From: Methanocaldococcus jannaschii DSM 2661
Lineage (GTDB): Archaea; AGJL01; Methanococci; Methanococcales; Methanocaldococcaceae
Length of the DNA: 32,000 nt
Direction: 5' to 3'
Assembly (NCBI RefSeq): GCF_000091665.1
Contig: NC_000909.1
Location: forward strand, 413,581 to 445,580
Part shown: positions 11,492 through 21,528 of the stretch, in pieces
Position numbering within the stretch: position 1 is the first letter of the stretch
Layout: every line of letters starts with the position of its first letter
The notes under the pieces: model-generated
Database searches by the model: none
Told to the model about the DNA's origin: nothing
The model's input: only the letters and a program-made list of their open reading frames with translations
Position numbers and translations under genes: made by a program

Positions 11492-11734
11492 AGTAGTCAC
11501 CTTTTTTTGAAGTTTTTGATAAAATATAGTTTTAAAGAGCAACTATAAATATATATAATCTAATAATTTGAATGTATAGATTTTAGGTTTTAAATAAAAA
11601 TAGTTTTTAAGATTTTTGACATTAGCTTAATCCTTGTTTTAATGAACTAAAGGTTCAAATCCTTACTTCTGTCCTTATTTTATACTAAAACTCCTATAAC
11701 TATTTTTCTATATCCGTATCCAAATTTTTACTGC

Positions 11735-11782
11735 ATGATTATTAAAACCTTTAAAAGATTAAGAAAGGTTTTGCATAGTCAT
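11735..11782 (+). promoter_or_regulatory. Long imperfect hairpin in cobQ upstream region
   Basis: ATGATTATTAAAACCTTT (11735-11752) pairs with AAAGGTTTTGCATAGTCAT (11764-11782) over 18 bp with a single bulged C and two G-T pairs; 11-nt loop. Confidence 0.6.
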
Positions 11783-11974
11783 ATAAATCCGATACATAAC
11801 TATTAACAAAAATCCCCAATATTTACTATAAAAACTTAAAACCAAATCTTAAAACTATAAAAATATAAACAATACTCTAAACAAAATTAAAAAATCTAAT
11901 ATCAATATTAAAAATCCAATAAACTAAACTAAATATAATCAAATCTCAAATAAACTATAAAAAATGCTGAGTTG

Positions 11975-13459
11975 ATGAAGATGGCAGAGTTTATAATGGT
12001 TGTTGGAACATCATCAAATAGTGGAAAAACGACAATAACTGCTGGATTATGCAGAATTTTAGCAAATAAAGGCTATAAAGTAGCCCCATTCAAATCTCAA
12101 AATATGAGTTTGAATTCAAGAGTTGCAAAGGAAGATGGGGAGATTGCTATAGCCCAATACACTCAAAGTTTAGCTTGTAGGGTAGAGCCATCAGTTCATT
12201 TTAACCCAATTTTATTAAAACCAAAAGGTAATTTTATCTCTCAAGTTATAGTCCATGGAAGACCCTACAAAGACATGAATTATAATGAATATAGAAAAAA
12301 TAAAGATTTTTTCTTAAAGAAGATTAAAGAGAGTTTGGAAATTTTAGACAGAGAGTATGATTATGTTATTATGGAGGGAGCTGGGAGTTGTTGTGAAATA
12401 AATTTATTGAAGGATGATATAGCAAATTTAAGGATAGCTGAGCTTGTAAATGCCAAAGCTATTTTGGTTGCAGACATTGATAGGGGTGGAGTATTTGCCT
12501 CAATATATGGGACAATAAAACTATTGCCTGAAAATTGGAGGAAGCTAATTAAAGGAATTATAATAAACAAATTTAGAGGGAATGTAGAGGTTTTAAAGGA
12601 AGGGATTGAAAAAATAGAGGAGCTAACTGGTATTCCAGTTTTAGGCATAGTTCCCTATGATGAAAACCTTGTTTTACCAGAGGAGGATAGTCAAGTCCTA
12701 CAGAGCATGAGAAGTTTTGGAAATGCAAAAAGTGGAGTGGAAATTAATGTAGTTAGGTTTTCAAAGATATCAAACTTTACAGACTTAGACCCATTAAGAT
12801 ACGATGCATTTATAAAGTTTATCGACTTTGATGATGACATAACTGGAGATATCTTAATATTTCCGGGAACAAGAAGTTCAACAAAAGAAGCTTATTATTT
12901 AAAACAACATAACTTTGATGAAAAGGTTTTGGAGTTTTTGAAAGATGGGGGAATTGTTATTGGTATCTGTGGAGGTTATCAAGTTTTAGGAAAAGAGTTG
13001 ATTGATAAAGAGAAGAAAGAGTCAGATGTTGGAGATATTGAGGGCTTAAAAATCTTTGATGCAAAAACATACTTTGGAAATGATAAAGTAGTTAAAAACT
13101 CTTGTGGTTTCTTAGAGATTGATAATAAAACATTTAATGTTAAAGGCTATGAGATACATGAAGGCTTTACCTATTCAAAAGAAAAACCTCTCATAAAAAT
13201 TGAGAGAGGCTTTGGAAACTGTGGAAATGGTTTTGATGGTTCTATTAAAAAATTTGGAGATGGATTGGCTATAGGAACATACTTCCATGGAATATTTGAA
13301 AATTATGAGTTTAGAAATTATATCATTAATTTAATTAGAAAAAGGAAAGGTTTGGATGAGATTTATGGAGATTCATACAAAGATAGCATAGAAAAAAGTT
13401 TAAATTACTTTGCTGAAGTTGTAGAGAGAAGTGTTAATTTAAAGCCATTGGGCATTTAA
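11975..13459 (+). CDS. cobQ: Cobyric acid synthase (CobQ/CbiP)
   Basis: [57 protein letters not shown] (GATase), [18 protein letters not shown]. Exact start uncertain (11975 or 11981). Confidence 0.95.
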   Translation: MKMAEFIMVVGTSSNSGKTTITAGLCRILANKGYKVAPFKSQNMSLNSRVAKEDGEIAIAQYTQSLACRVEPSVHFNPILLKPKGNFISQVIVHGRPYKDMNYNEYRKNKDFFLKKIKESLEILDREYDYVIMEGAGSCCEINLLKDDIANLRIAELVNAKAILVADIDRGGVFASIYGTIKLLPENWRKLIKGIIINKFRGNVEVLKEGIEKIEELTGIPVLGIVPYDENLVLPEEDSQVLQSMRSFGNAKSGVEINVVRFSKISNFTDLDPLRYDAFIKFIDFDDDITGDILIFPGTRSSTKEAYYLKQHNFDEKVLEFLKDGGIVIGICGGYQVLGKELIDKEKKESDVGDIEGLKIFDAKTYFGNDKVVKNSCGFLEIDNKTFNVKGYEIHEGFTYSKEKPLIKIERGFGNCGNGFDGSIKKFGDGLAIGTYFHGIFENYEFRNYIINLIRKRKGLDEIYGDSYKDSIEKSLNYFAEVVERSVNLKPLGI

Positions 13460-13510
13460 ATGAAATGAAATTAGAATAATTATAAAATAAAAAAACAAAC
13501 TGGGATAAAA

Positions 13511-14524
13511 ATGGTAGAGATTAACTTAAGAGAATTAAAAAAATATGCAAATCCATTCTTTTTAACTATAAGAAAGGATAAGATTTTAGTTAATAATAAA
13601 AGAATGGCAAGGTTATCAAGAACAAAGATGGATAAAATTGAAGAAGAGTTTGGAATTCCTGTTATTTATTCAAAAACTTATGAATATGTATCAACGAAGG
13701 TTGGGAGATTTATAAATAAACATAAAATTATAGCTCCAAGGGATATTGTTATAGTTGGATTGAGTGGAGGAAAGGATAGTTTGTTGTTATTGCATTTATT
13801 GGAAGTTTATAGAAGGAAATATGGAATAAAATTAATAGCTGTTACTGTAGATGTGAATATTGGGGGAATTAGACCATGGAAAGAAGATACAGAAGGAGTT
13901 AAGCTGATAAAACATCACTGTGAAATGCTAAATGTGCCACACATTATATTAAAAAATGATTTGGATGTTGTTGAACTATCTGAAATATTGACAAAACATT
14001 CCAAAGGAATGGAGTTTTCTCCATGCTTTTCCTGCTCTGTAATTAAAAGGCATTTGTTAGGAAAATTAGCTAAAGAAATTGCTGAAAATGAAAATATCCC
14101 TTATGAAAAGGTTAAATTAGCTTATGGACATAATTTAGATGATAATTCAGACACAATTTTGGCAAATATCTTTAAAGGAGAGAGATTAAAGTTTATGAGA
14201 CCATTGACAAGGTTTAAATACAATGAGGTTGATTATCAAAGCTTTAAAATTCCATTGGAGGAGTGTATAATAATCAGACCCATGCTTCCTATATTGGAGA
14301 GGGATATAATAAAAGCTCTTGAAGAGTGTGGGATAGAGTATTATAAAGATAAGGATATGTGTCCATACAGTAGGGATAGGGGGGACAGCGTTAGAAGGAG
14401 ATGTCATGAGATTTTAGAAAAGTTAGAGGAGGAGATTCCAAATATTAGGGAGATGGTTGTTAGCTCTGCGTTAAAAACAGTTGAGTACTATAGTAAAAAT
14501 CCTTACGGAGAGGATAACCTTTAA
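13511..14524 (+). CDS. TtcA/TtuA-like PP-loop ATP pyrophosphatase, probable tRNA thiolation enzyme
   Basis: VIVGLSGGKDSLLLLHLL P-loop; PCFSC CxxC; GHNLDDNSDTILANIF; C-terminal MCPYSRDRGDSVRRRC. Lacks the N-terminal zinc finger of classic TtuA. Confidence 0.82.
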   Translation: MVEINLRELKKYANPFFLTIRKDKILVNNKRMARLSRTKMDKIEEEFGIPVIYSKTYEYVSTKVGRFINKHKIIAPRDIVIVGLSGGKDSLLLLHLLEVYRRKYGIKLIAVTVDVNIGGIRPWKEDTEGVKLIKHHCEMLNVPHIILKNDLDVVELSEILTKHSKGMEFSPCFSCSVIKRHLLGKLAKEIAENENIPYEKVKLAYGHNLDDNSDTILANIFKGERLKFMRPLTRFKYNEVDYQSFKIPLEECIIIRPMLPILERDIIKALEECGIEYYKDKDMCPYSRDRGDSVRRRCHEILEKLEEEIPNIREMVVSSALKTVEYYSKNPYGEDNL

Positions 14525-14991
14525 ATATTATTTCAAAAAAGACAATATATATTTAGTATTTATTGATACTACCTTGATAATTTTATTATAGGCATAGGAT
14601 TTTCAATTTTGTTAATTGATTTATGGATTGTCTTGTTGAATATGTTTGAAATTTGAAAATAAGAGTATTTAGGATTTATTAATTAGTTCAAAGAATTTTT
14701 ATTTAATTTCTAAGGGTTAGCTGGTTTGATTATTTAGAATATTTGAGTTTATTGAATTATTTAGATTTTTGAAAATTAAGATTAATTAGATAAGTAAATA
14801 AAATTTCTCTAACAAATAAGTTAAATTTTTAAATTTAAGGAGATAAGAATGCTCTGTTTTATTAAAGGGAGAAAATTTTAAATACTAAAAGATTTATATT
14901 ATGAGATAGTTATTTATCCTTAGAAAAATGTGGTGTAGAAAAGCTTAAATATTAGGAGAGTAGTATAAATTATATTGTGGATAAGCCTCCT
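14525..14991 (+). promoter_or_regulatory. Putative CRISPR leader / long non-coding segment preceding the array
   Basis: About 467 bp AT-rich region with no plausible ORF, directly upstream of the first repeat; methanocaldococcal arrays are known to be preceded by a roughly 400-bp conserved long repeat. Confidence 0.6.
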
Positions 14992-15992
14992 GTTAAAATC
15001 AGACCGATTCGGAATGGAAACTAACATAACAAAAATTCATCAAGTGTTTTACATTTTATGTGGTTAAAATCAGACCGATTCGGAATGGAAACTTAATTCT
15101 ATTTTTTATTTCAGTTTTGTCAATTTCTGATGTTAAAATCAGACCGATTCGGAATGGAAACAATAATATAAGTTGGCCAATCATTTCTCGGATGGTCAAC
15201 AGTTAAAATCAGACCGATTCGGAATGGAAACCGAAACAGATATATTAGGAAATTATATTGATGATATGTTAAAATCAGACCGATTCGGAATGGAAACTTT
15301 GGCAATTTATATAGCTCAATTGCGTATTCTTTCTTGTTAAAATCAGACCGATTCGGAATGGAAACATGAACTCTTTTAAATTATCTCTTTTACTACCCCT
15401 ACAAATTCCCGTTAAAATCAGACCGATTCGGAATGGAAACTATTTACCTAATATTTTGATTAAATACTAAAAATTCTGTTAAAATCAGACCGATTCGGAA
15501 TGGAAACTTTTTAGGTAGGATACTGAGGGCTGTAAGTTTTTTTGTTAAAATCAGACCGATTCGGAATGGAAACTCAGAATTCTCATCTGCATATTGCTTC
15601 ATTATTCTCTTTAACGTTAGTTAAAATCAGACCGATTCGGAATGGAAACGAGTGTGGATATGTTGAAGATTTTGGAGTTGATTATTGTGGTGGTTAAAAT
15701 CAGACCGATTCGGAATGGAAACTTATAACATAAGATTTTTATGTGTTCTTTTTGTTTTCTGTTAAAATCAGACCGATTCGGAATGGAAACATACTCAGAT
15801 TTTGTTGTATGATTTGCATCTTTATTTTGTTAAAATCAGACCGATTCGGAATGGAAACTTCGGTTATCAAAAAGTTTAAATTTATGATAGGAATGTTAAA
15901 ATCAGACCGATTCGGAATGGAAACTTTTTAACGAGAGTTTTCAGAGCATTTAGCTTTTTTGAGTTAAAATCAGACCGATTCGGAATGGAAAC
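14992..15992 (+). CRISPR. CRISPR array: 15 identical 30-nt repeats, 14 spacers of 36-46 nt
   Basis: Repeat GTTAAAATCAGACCGATTCGGAATGGAAAC, starts at 14992, 15063, 15132, 15202, 15268, 15336, 15411, 15478, 15544, 15620, 15693, 15761, 15829, 15895, 15963. Ends in GAAAC; no cas genes in window. Confidence 0.99.
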
Positions 15993-16095
15993 TAAGCTTC
16001 ACCTTTTAACAAATAATAAGCACTTGATTAAAATCATATCTCTTAGAGAATAAATTATGCTCTTTTTAGTACAAAATAGTTATTAATAAAAAAGA

Positions 16096-17052
16096 TTATC
16101 TAAAAAATCTTGCTCCTTGCTTAGTTCCTCTTTTTTTCAATATCTCACTCACTTTATTCATAATCTTCAATCTACCTAAATACCATTCTGGAGACACCTT
16201 AATACTTTCAGGAACTTTATCCTTAGACAATCTTTGAATTAACACATAAGGAGAGAGATGTTCTAAAAAATCACAAACTAAGCTTATATACTGATTTTCA
16301 TCTAATGTCCTATATTCTCCTTTCCAATACATCTCCTCTAATTTTGTCCCTTTAACAACAACTAAGGGATATATCTTAACTGCTTCAATCTCTAACAGAG
16401 ATAAAATTTTTGCTGTCTCCATCATCTCTTTCCAACTCTCTCCAGGAAGACCCAAAATCACATGCCCACAGACCTTTATTCCTCTTTTATGGCAGTCCTT
16501 TATTGCTTTTATAATATCTGAAACATCATGCCCTCTATTTAAAATCTCCAATGTCTTTTGATGCATACTTTGAACTCCCAAATCAATCCAAATGTCATAG
16601 CCATTCTCAACATATTCAGCTAAAATATCCAATTTCTCTTTTTCTAAGCAATCAGGTCTTGTTCCTATTGATAAGCCAATTACCTCTTTATAAGATAGGG
16701 AAAAATCCCAAATTTCTTTTAATTTCTCTGCTGGAGCATAAGTGTTAGTCCCAGGATAAAAATATATATAGAATTTTTTAAATCCTTTCTTTTTCTGATT
16801 TTCCATCTGTTTTTTAATTTGCTCTTTTAATGGAATTTTTGCACTGCAGTATTTGACGGATATTGGTCTTCCCATCTCTGGGCAGAAGATACATCCACCA
16901 TTTTTTTTGTGAGGACATCCAAGTCCAATATCAACAGGAATTTTGAAAATTTTCTGTTTAAATTTTTTCTTTATATAAATGCCATATTGAGCAAATAAAT
17001 AACCCTCACTATAAATTTCATCAATTATTTTAATATCATCGTAATTAAGCAT
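16096..17052 (-). CDS. Radical SAM protein (TIGR01212/YhcC-like, Elp3-related fold)
   Basis: VDIGLGCPHKKNGGCIFCPEMGRP cluster motif, LKEQIKKQM, YFYPGTNTYAP, IGTRPDCLEKEKLDIL, GHVILGLPGES. Start set to MLNYDDIK at 17052 after GGTGGTTATT. Confidence 0.85.
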   Translation of the reverse strand: MLNYDDIKIIDEIYSEGYLFAQYGIYIKKKFKQKIFKIPVDIGLGCPHKKNGGCIFCPEMGRPISVKYCSAKIPLKEQIKKQMENQKKKGFKKFYIYFYPGTNTYAPAEKLKEIWDFSLSYKEVIGLSIGTRPDCLEKEKLDILAEYVENGYDIWIDLGVQSMHQKTLEILNRGHDVSDIIKAIKDCHKRGIKVCGHVILGLPGESWKEMMETAKILSLLEIEAVKIYPLVVVKGTKLEEMYWKGEYRTLDENQYISLVCDFLEHLSPYVLIQRLSKDKVPESIKVSPEWYLGRLKIMNKVSEILKKRGTKQGARFFR

Positions 17053-17123
17053 AATAACCACCAAATTAAATATTAACTACTAAAATAAATTTTTATTAAT
17101 TGAGATTATTAAAGTTCATTATT

Positions 17124-17150
17124 GGATATATCAAACTGCGAAGTCCTATT
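17124..17150. repeat. Probable solo/truncated end of an element A-like repeat
   Basis: GGATATATCAAACTGCGAAGTCCTATT resembles the right end of element A, ATATATAAACTGCGAAAGTTCTATT. Confidence 0.4.
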
Positions 17151-17346
17151 CAAAGATTGCCATTAAAATTTCTAATATCAAAGTTTTACAAATAGAAAAA
17201 GAAGGACGAAAATTTTTAAAATAAGAATATGGACGAAACTGATGAATTGTAGATTTAAACATGGGTTGATAAACATAGTTATCTATTTATTAAAGAAAAT
17301 AATACTATAAAAAGAATAAAATTTAGCAGTTCTGTATGGTGGGATT

Positions 17347-18789
17347 ATGGAACTACATATAGATGAAAAGAGATTGTTAAAGATTTTTCAGGATAATAAT
17401 AGAGATGAGTTTAATTTAAATGAATTAGAGAAGTTCATGCCAAAAGAAAAGATTTTAAGGGTTTCTTTATGGTTAAAAGGTAAAAATTTGGTAGAAACAG
17501 AAGAAAAAGTAAAGAAGATAATAAAACTCATTAAAGAAGAAGAGTTTCCAGAGAGGAAAATAGCAAACTATTTAAAACAACACAACATCAAAGAAATTGA
17601 AATTAAAAACTTAAAAGATATTTTACCAAAAGAGGAAATTAATGCTGCCTTAGGTGCTATAAAAAGAAAAGGAATAGCAAGGATTGAGAAAGGTAAAATT
17701 ATTTTTGATAATTTAGATTACAAGGATGTTGAAGAACAACTATTACAAAAAATCAAAGAAAATAAATACCTCGACGACTTTAGTGAAGAGGAAAAAAAGA
17801 TTATAGACATTTTAAAAAAGAGAGGTTATGTAGATTTTGATGAAGAGAAAGAAATAAAGATAAAATTAACTGAAAAAGGAAAAGAGTTCATAAAAAATCC
17901 AATAGAGATTGAAGAAGAGATTACCCAATTAACAAGAGATATTATAATAAGTGGAAAGTGGAAAAAAGCATATATAAGACCTTATGACGTAAAAGTTCCT
18001 ACCAAGCCAATATACCCAGCTAAAGTCCATCCATTGACAAGAATTATTAGAGAGGTTAAAGAGATTTTATTAGCTATGGGATTTAAAGAAGTGAAAAGCC
18101 CAATTGTAGAAACAGAGTTTTGGAACTTTGATATGTTATTTGAACCACAAGACCATCCAGCAAGAGAAATGCAAGACACTTTCTTCTTAAAATATCCAAA
18201 TGAGGGAGATATTCCAGAAGATTTATTAAGTAAGGTTAAAGAAGTTCATGAAAGATGTTGGAAATACAAATTTGATGAAAATGTCTCAAGAAGATTGATT
18301 TTAAGAACTCATACCACTGCATCATCAATAAGATACCTTGCATCTTTATCAGATGAAGAAAAAAACAAGCCTCACAAGGTATTTTGTATAGATAGAGTAT
18401 TTAGAAATGAAGCAATTGATTATAAACATTTGCCAGAGTTTTATCAGTGTGAAGGAATTATAATGGATGATAATGTTAATTTTAACAACCTAATTGGAGT
18501 TTTAAAAGAATTCTTAAATAGATTGGGCTTTGAAAAGGTTAGATTTAGGCCAGCTTACTTCCCATTCACTGAGCCATCCTTAGAGGCAGAGGTTTATTTA
18601 GAGGGTAAAGGCTGGTTAGAAATCTTAGGAGCAGGAATATTTAGACCAGAAGTTTTAGAGCCAATTGGTATTGAAAAGCCAGTTTTAGCTTGGGGTATTG
18701 GGTTTAGTAGATTAGCAATGCTTAGATATGGATTGACAGACATTAGAGATTTGCATAAGAATGATTTAGATTGGTTGAAGAGAGTATAA
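17347..18789 (+). CDS. pheS: Phenylalanine--tRNA ligase alpha subunit
   Basis: 480 aa class II synthetase; [82 protein letters not shown]. Confidence 0.96.
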
Positions 18790-18808
18790 ACTAAAATAAG
18801 TGATTGTA

Positions 18809-19276
18809 ATGGAGGAAATTATTAAAAAAGCTTTTATTGAATCAATTAATAATATTAGGAGAGGGGATAAAGAGGAAGAACTAAAAAAAATTCAAGAAAA
18901 GATAGTCAATGCCAAAAAGATTGTTGTTGCTACAAACAATCAAAAGAAATTTAAAGTAATAAGAGATATTATGTTAAGGGTTTGTAATGCAGAGATAAAA
19001 ATGCTCGATATAGATACAAGGTTCGCTGATTTAACAAGAATGCCAGCATTAACTAAAGGATTAATAGCTTTGGATATTGAAAAAGCTGATTTATACATTG
19101 CGAGGGGAAGATTGGGAGCTCCAGGTTCTGGTTCAATGCTTGTAATATTGGATGAGAAAGGGAGAGTTTTAACTGCCTCTTTATCACCTTCATCAGTTAT
19201 TCATAAAGAAGATATAGAGGAGAGAATAAAGAAAGAGTTAATTGAAGCATTAAGTAGAATTGGAATTTCCATTTAA
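18809..19276 (+). CDS. hcgB: HcgB, FeGP cofactor biosynthesis guanylyltransferase family protein
   Basis: KIVVATNNQKKFKVIRDIMLRVCNAEIKMLDIDTRFADLTRMPALTKGLIALDIEKADLYIARGRLGAPGSGSMLVILDEKGR; adjacent to an hcgC-like gene. Family assignment from memory. Confidence 0.8.
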   Translation: MEEIIKKAFIESINNIRRGDKEEELKKIQEKIVNAKKIVVATNNQKKFKVIRDIMLRVCNAEIKMLDIDTRFADLTRMPALTKGLIALDIEKADLYIARGRLGAPGSGSMLVILDEKGRVLTASLSPSSVIHKEDIEERIKKELIEALSRIGISI

Positions 19277-19305
19277 TTTAATCTTTCATTTTGGGGTGTG
19301 GAATT

Positions 19306-20097
19306 ATGAAGTATGGAATAACTGAGATGGTAAAAACAATTGACACAAAAACAAGAGTTGTTGATGTGACAAATGAGATAGCAAAGAAAAAATATCAAGC
19401 AATTAGGGATTTCTTAGAGGGAGAGGAGTTTAAAGAAGTTGTAATATTTGGGGTCTATTTATGGGGAAATTACACTGCCCAAATGCTTTCAAAATATGCT
19501 GATAAAGTTTATTTAGTTGATATACATGAATTTATGAAAGGATTTGTTCCAAACAACAACAGTATAAAATTCTTAAATTTAAATGAGTTTAAACTAAAAT
19601 TTATAAGAGGAGAAGTAAATCCTGATTTAATTGTTGATTTAACAGGACTGGGAGGAATTGAGCCTGAATTTTTAGCTAAATTTAATCCAAAGGTTTTTAT
19701 TGTTGAAGACCCTAAGGGGGTTTTTGATGTTGATATTTATGAGGCAGACAATACATATAAGAGAACAGCTCCATTCATTGAAAAAGCAAAGGTAGGGGTT
19801 TTAAAAACCTATAGAAAGGCAAGAGTCTCAAAAACCTCTGGGACTATGACATTAACAATTGACACAATAGTTGATGCTTCAAGGGAGATAACAAGTTTGG
19901 ACGGAGTTTTATATGCTATTCCAAACTTAAGATATTATGAAGGAATTTTATTCCACGAAAATGATATTCACAAATTTTTATCAGAGATTTCACAACCTGC
20001 TATCACAATAAGCACATTAAACGATGTATTAGATGAAGCTGAAGAGATACTCTCAAATAACATTAATCTCATCTATTCTTTTGTTGAGGAGCTTTAA
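19306..20097 (+). CDS. hcgC: HcgC, FeGP cofactor biosynthesis SAM-dependent methyltransferase
   Basis: MKYGITEMVKTIDTKTRVVDVTNEIAKKKYQAIRDFLEGEEFKEVVIFGVYLWGNYTAQMLSKYADKVYLVDIHEFM...; Rossmann-like; adjacent to hcgB. Start ATG 19306 rather than 19291. Confidence 0.8.
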   Translation: MKYGITEMVKTIDTKTRVVDVTNEIAKKKYQAIRDFLEGEEFKEVVIFGVYLWGNYTAQMLSKYADKVYLVDIHEFMKGFVPNNNSIKFLNLNEFKLKFIRGEVNPDLIVDLTGLGGIEPEFLAKFNPKVFIVEDPKGVFDVDIYEADNTYKRTAPFIEKAKVGVLKTYRKARVSKTSGTMTLTIDTIVDASREITSLDGVLYAIPNLRYYEGILFHENDIHKFLSEISQPAITISTLNDVLDEAEEILSNNINLIYSFVEEL

Positions 20098-20144
20098 TTC
20101 CTCTTTTTAATTTAATTTTAAAATCTCTTTTGTGAGGGGAAATT

Positions 20145-21086
20145 ATGAAAGTTACAATTATAGGAGCTTCTGGTAGAGTTGGGAGTGCAACAGCCTTATT
20201 ATTAGCTAAAGAACCTTTTATGAAGGATTTGGTGTTAATTGGAAGAGAACATTCAATAAATAAATTGGAAGGATTGAGAGAAGACATCTACGATGCCTTA
20301 GCTGGGACAAGAAGTGATGCAAATATATACGTTGAGAGTGATGAAAATCTAAGGATAATTGATGAAAGTGATGTTGTTATAATAACAAGCGGTGTTCCAA
20401 GAAAAGAGGGAATGAGTAGGATGGATTTGGCAAAAACAAATGCAAAAATTGTTGGGAAGTATGCTAAAAAAATAGCTGAAATCTGCGATACAAAAATATT
20501 TGTTATAACAAACCCTGTGGATGTGATGACTTATAAAGCTCTGGTAGATTCAAAATTTGAAAGAAATCAAGTTTTTGGATTAGGGACTCATTTAGATTCT
20601 TTGAGGTTTAAGGTTGCTATTGCTAAGTTTTTCGGTGTTCATATTGATGAAGTTAGGACGAGAATTATTGGAGAGCATGGGGACAGCATGGTTCCATTGT
20701 TAAGTGCTACCTCTATCGGAGGAATTCCTATTCAAAAATTTGAAAGATTTAAGGAACTGCCAATAGATGAGATTATAGAGGATGTTAAAACAAAAGGAGA
20801 GCAGATTATTAGATTGAAAGGAGGTTCTGAGTTTGGTCCAGCAGCAGCCATTTTAAATGTTGTTAGGTGTATTGTGAATAATGAGAAAAGATTGCTAACT
20901 TTATCCGCTTACGTAGATGGAGAGTTTGATGGAATTAGAGATGTGTGTATTGGAGTTCCAGTAAAGATTGGAAGAGATGGGATAGAAGAGGTTGTATCAA
21001 TTGAATTGGATAAAGATGAGATAATTGCATTTAGAAAATCTGCTGAAATCATTAAAAAATACTGTGAAGAAGTTAAAAACTTATAA
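20145..21086 (+). CDS. mdh: Malate/lactate dehydrogenase family, NAD(P)-dependent
   Basis: MKVTIIGASGRVGSATALLLAKE, VVIITSGVPRKEGMSRMDLAKTNAKI, VITNPVDVMTY, GLGTHLDSLRFKVAIA, GEHGDSMVPL. Confidence 0.94.
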   Translation: MKVTIIGASGRVGSATALLLAKEPFMKDLVLIGREHSINKLEGLREDIYDALAGTRSDANIYVESDENLRIIDESDVVIITSGVPRKEGMSRMDLAKTNAKIVGKYAKKIAEICDTKIFVITNPVDVMTYKALVDSKFERNQVFGLGTHLDSLRFKVAIAKFFGVHIDEVRTRIIGEHGDSMVPLLSATSIGGIPIQKFERFKELPIDEIIEDVKTKGEQIIRLKGGSEFGPAAAILNVVRCIVNNEKRLLTLSAYVDGEFDGIRDVCIGVPVKIGRDGIEEVVSIELDKDEIIAFRKSAEIIKKYCEEVKNL

Positions 21087-21099
21087 TTTTGGTGTTAGT

Positions 21100-21528
21100 A
21101 TGTGGAAAGTTAATATTGGTAGATTGATGCATGCTTTAAATGCTTTTAAGGGTTCTAAGCCGTTATTTGAGACGGATGAGATGTTAATGGTTAAAGGAGT
21201 TTGTAGGGATGAAGAAGTTGAGAAATATGGTAGTATTAAAGATTATTTAGTTAAAAAATTGGAAAAGGAGGGTTTTGAGATTGTAGAAGATATTAAAGAG
21301 ATAGATAAGTTTGTTAGTAGAATAAACGAGATTTTAAAAGAAAATCCTCTTTATCCAGATACATTTGGTTTTGAAAGGATGAAAGAGAGTTTTGAGATGA
21401 TTGGGTGTGAGTGCGACTATGTTATAGCTAAAAAAAGAAATATAATGGTAGGAGTTTGTATGTATTTTGATAAAAAAATGAAGAATCCAAAATTTGTTGA
21501 AGTTGTTGGTGTTTTATTACCTTCTTAA
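21100..21528 (+). CDS. Conserved hypothetical protein (142 aa)
   Basis: ATG preceded by TTTTGGTGTTAGT; MWKVNIGRLMHALNAFKGSKPLFETDEMLMVKG...; no recognised domain. The track start (21025) overlaps mdh. Confidence 0.6.
   Translation: MWKVNIGRLMHALNAFKGSKPLFETDEMLMVKGVCRDEEVEKYGSIKDYLVKKLEKEGFEIVEDIKEIDKFVSRINEILKENPLYPDTFGFERMKESFEMIGCECDYVIAKKRNIMVGVCMYFDKKMKNPKFVEVVGVLLPS

Noticed and set aside
11649-11665. tRNA T-arm-like sequence AAAGGTTCAAATCCTTA upstream of cobQ
   Set aside because: Only a 4-bp stem with a TTCAAAT loop is seen. I found no anticodon arm, D-arm or matching acceptor stem, so it is at best a tiny tRNA fragment and probably chance.
15120-15305. ORFs 15120-15305 (-) and 15743-15931 (+)
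   Set aside because: They translate the CRISPR repeats (recurring FPFRIGLIL / LKSDRFGME peptides) and are not genes.
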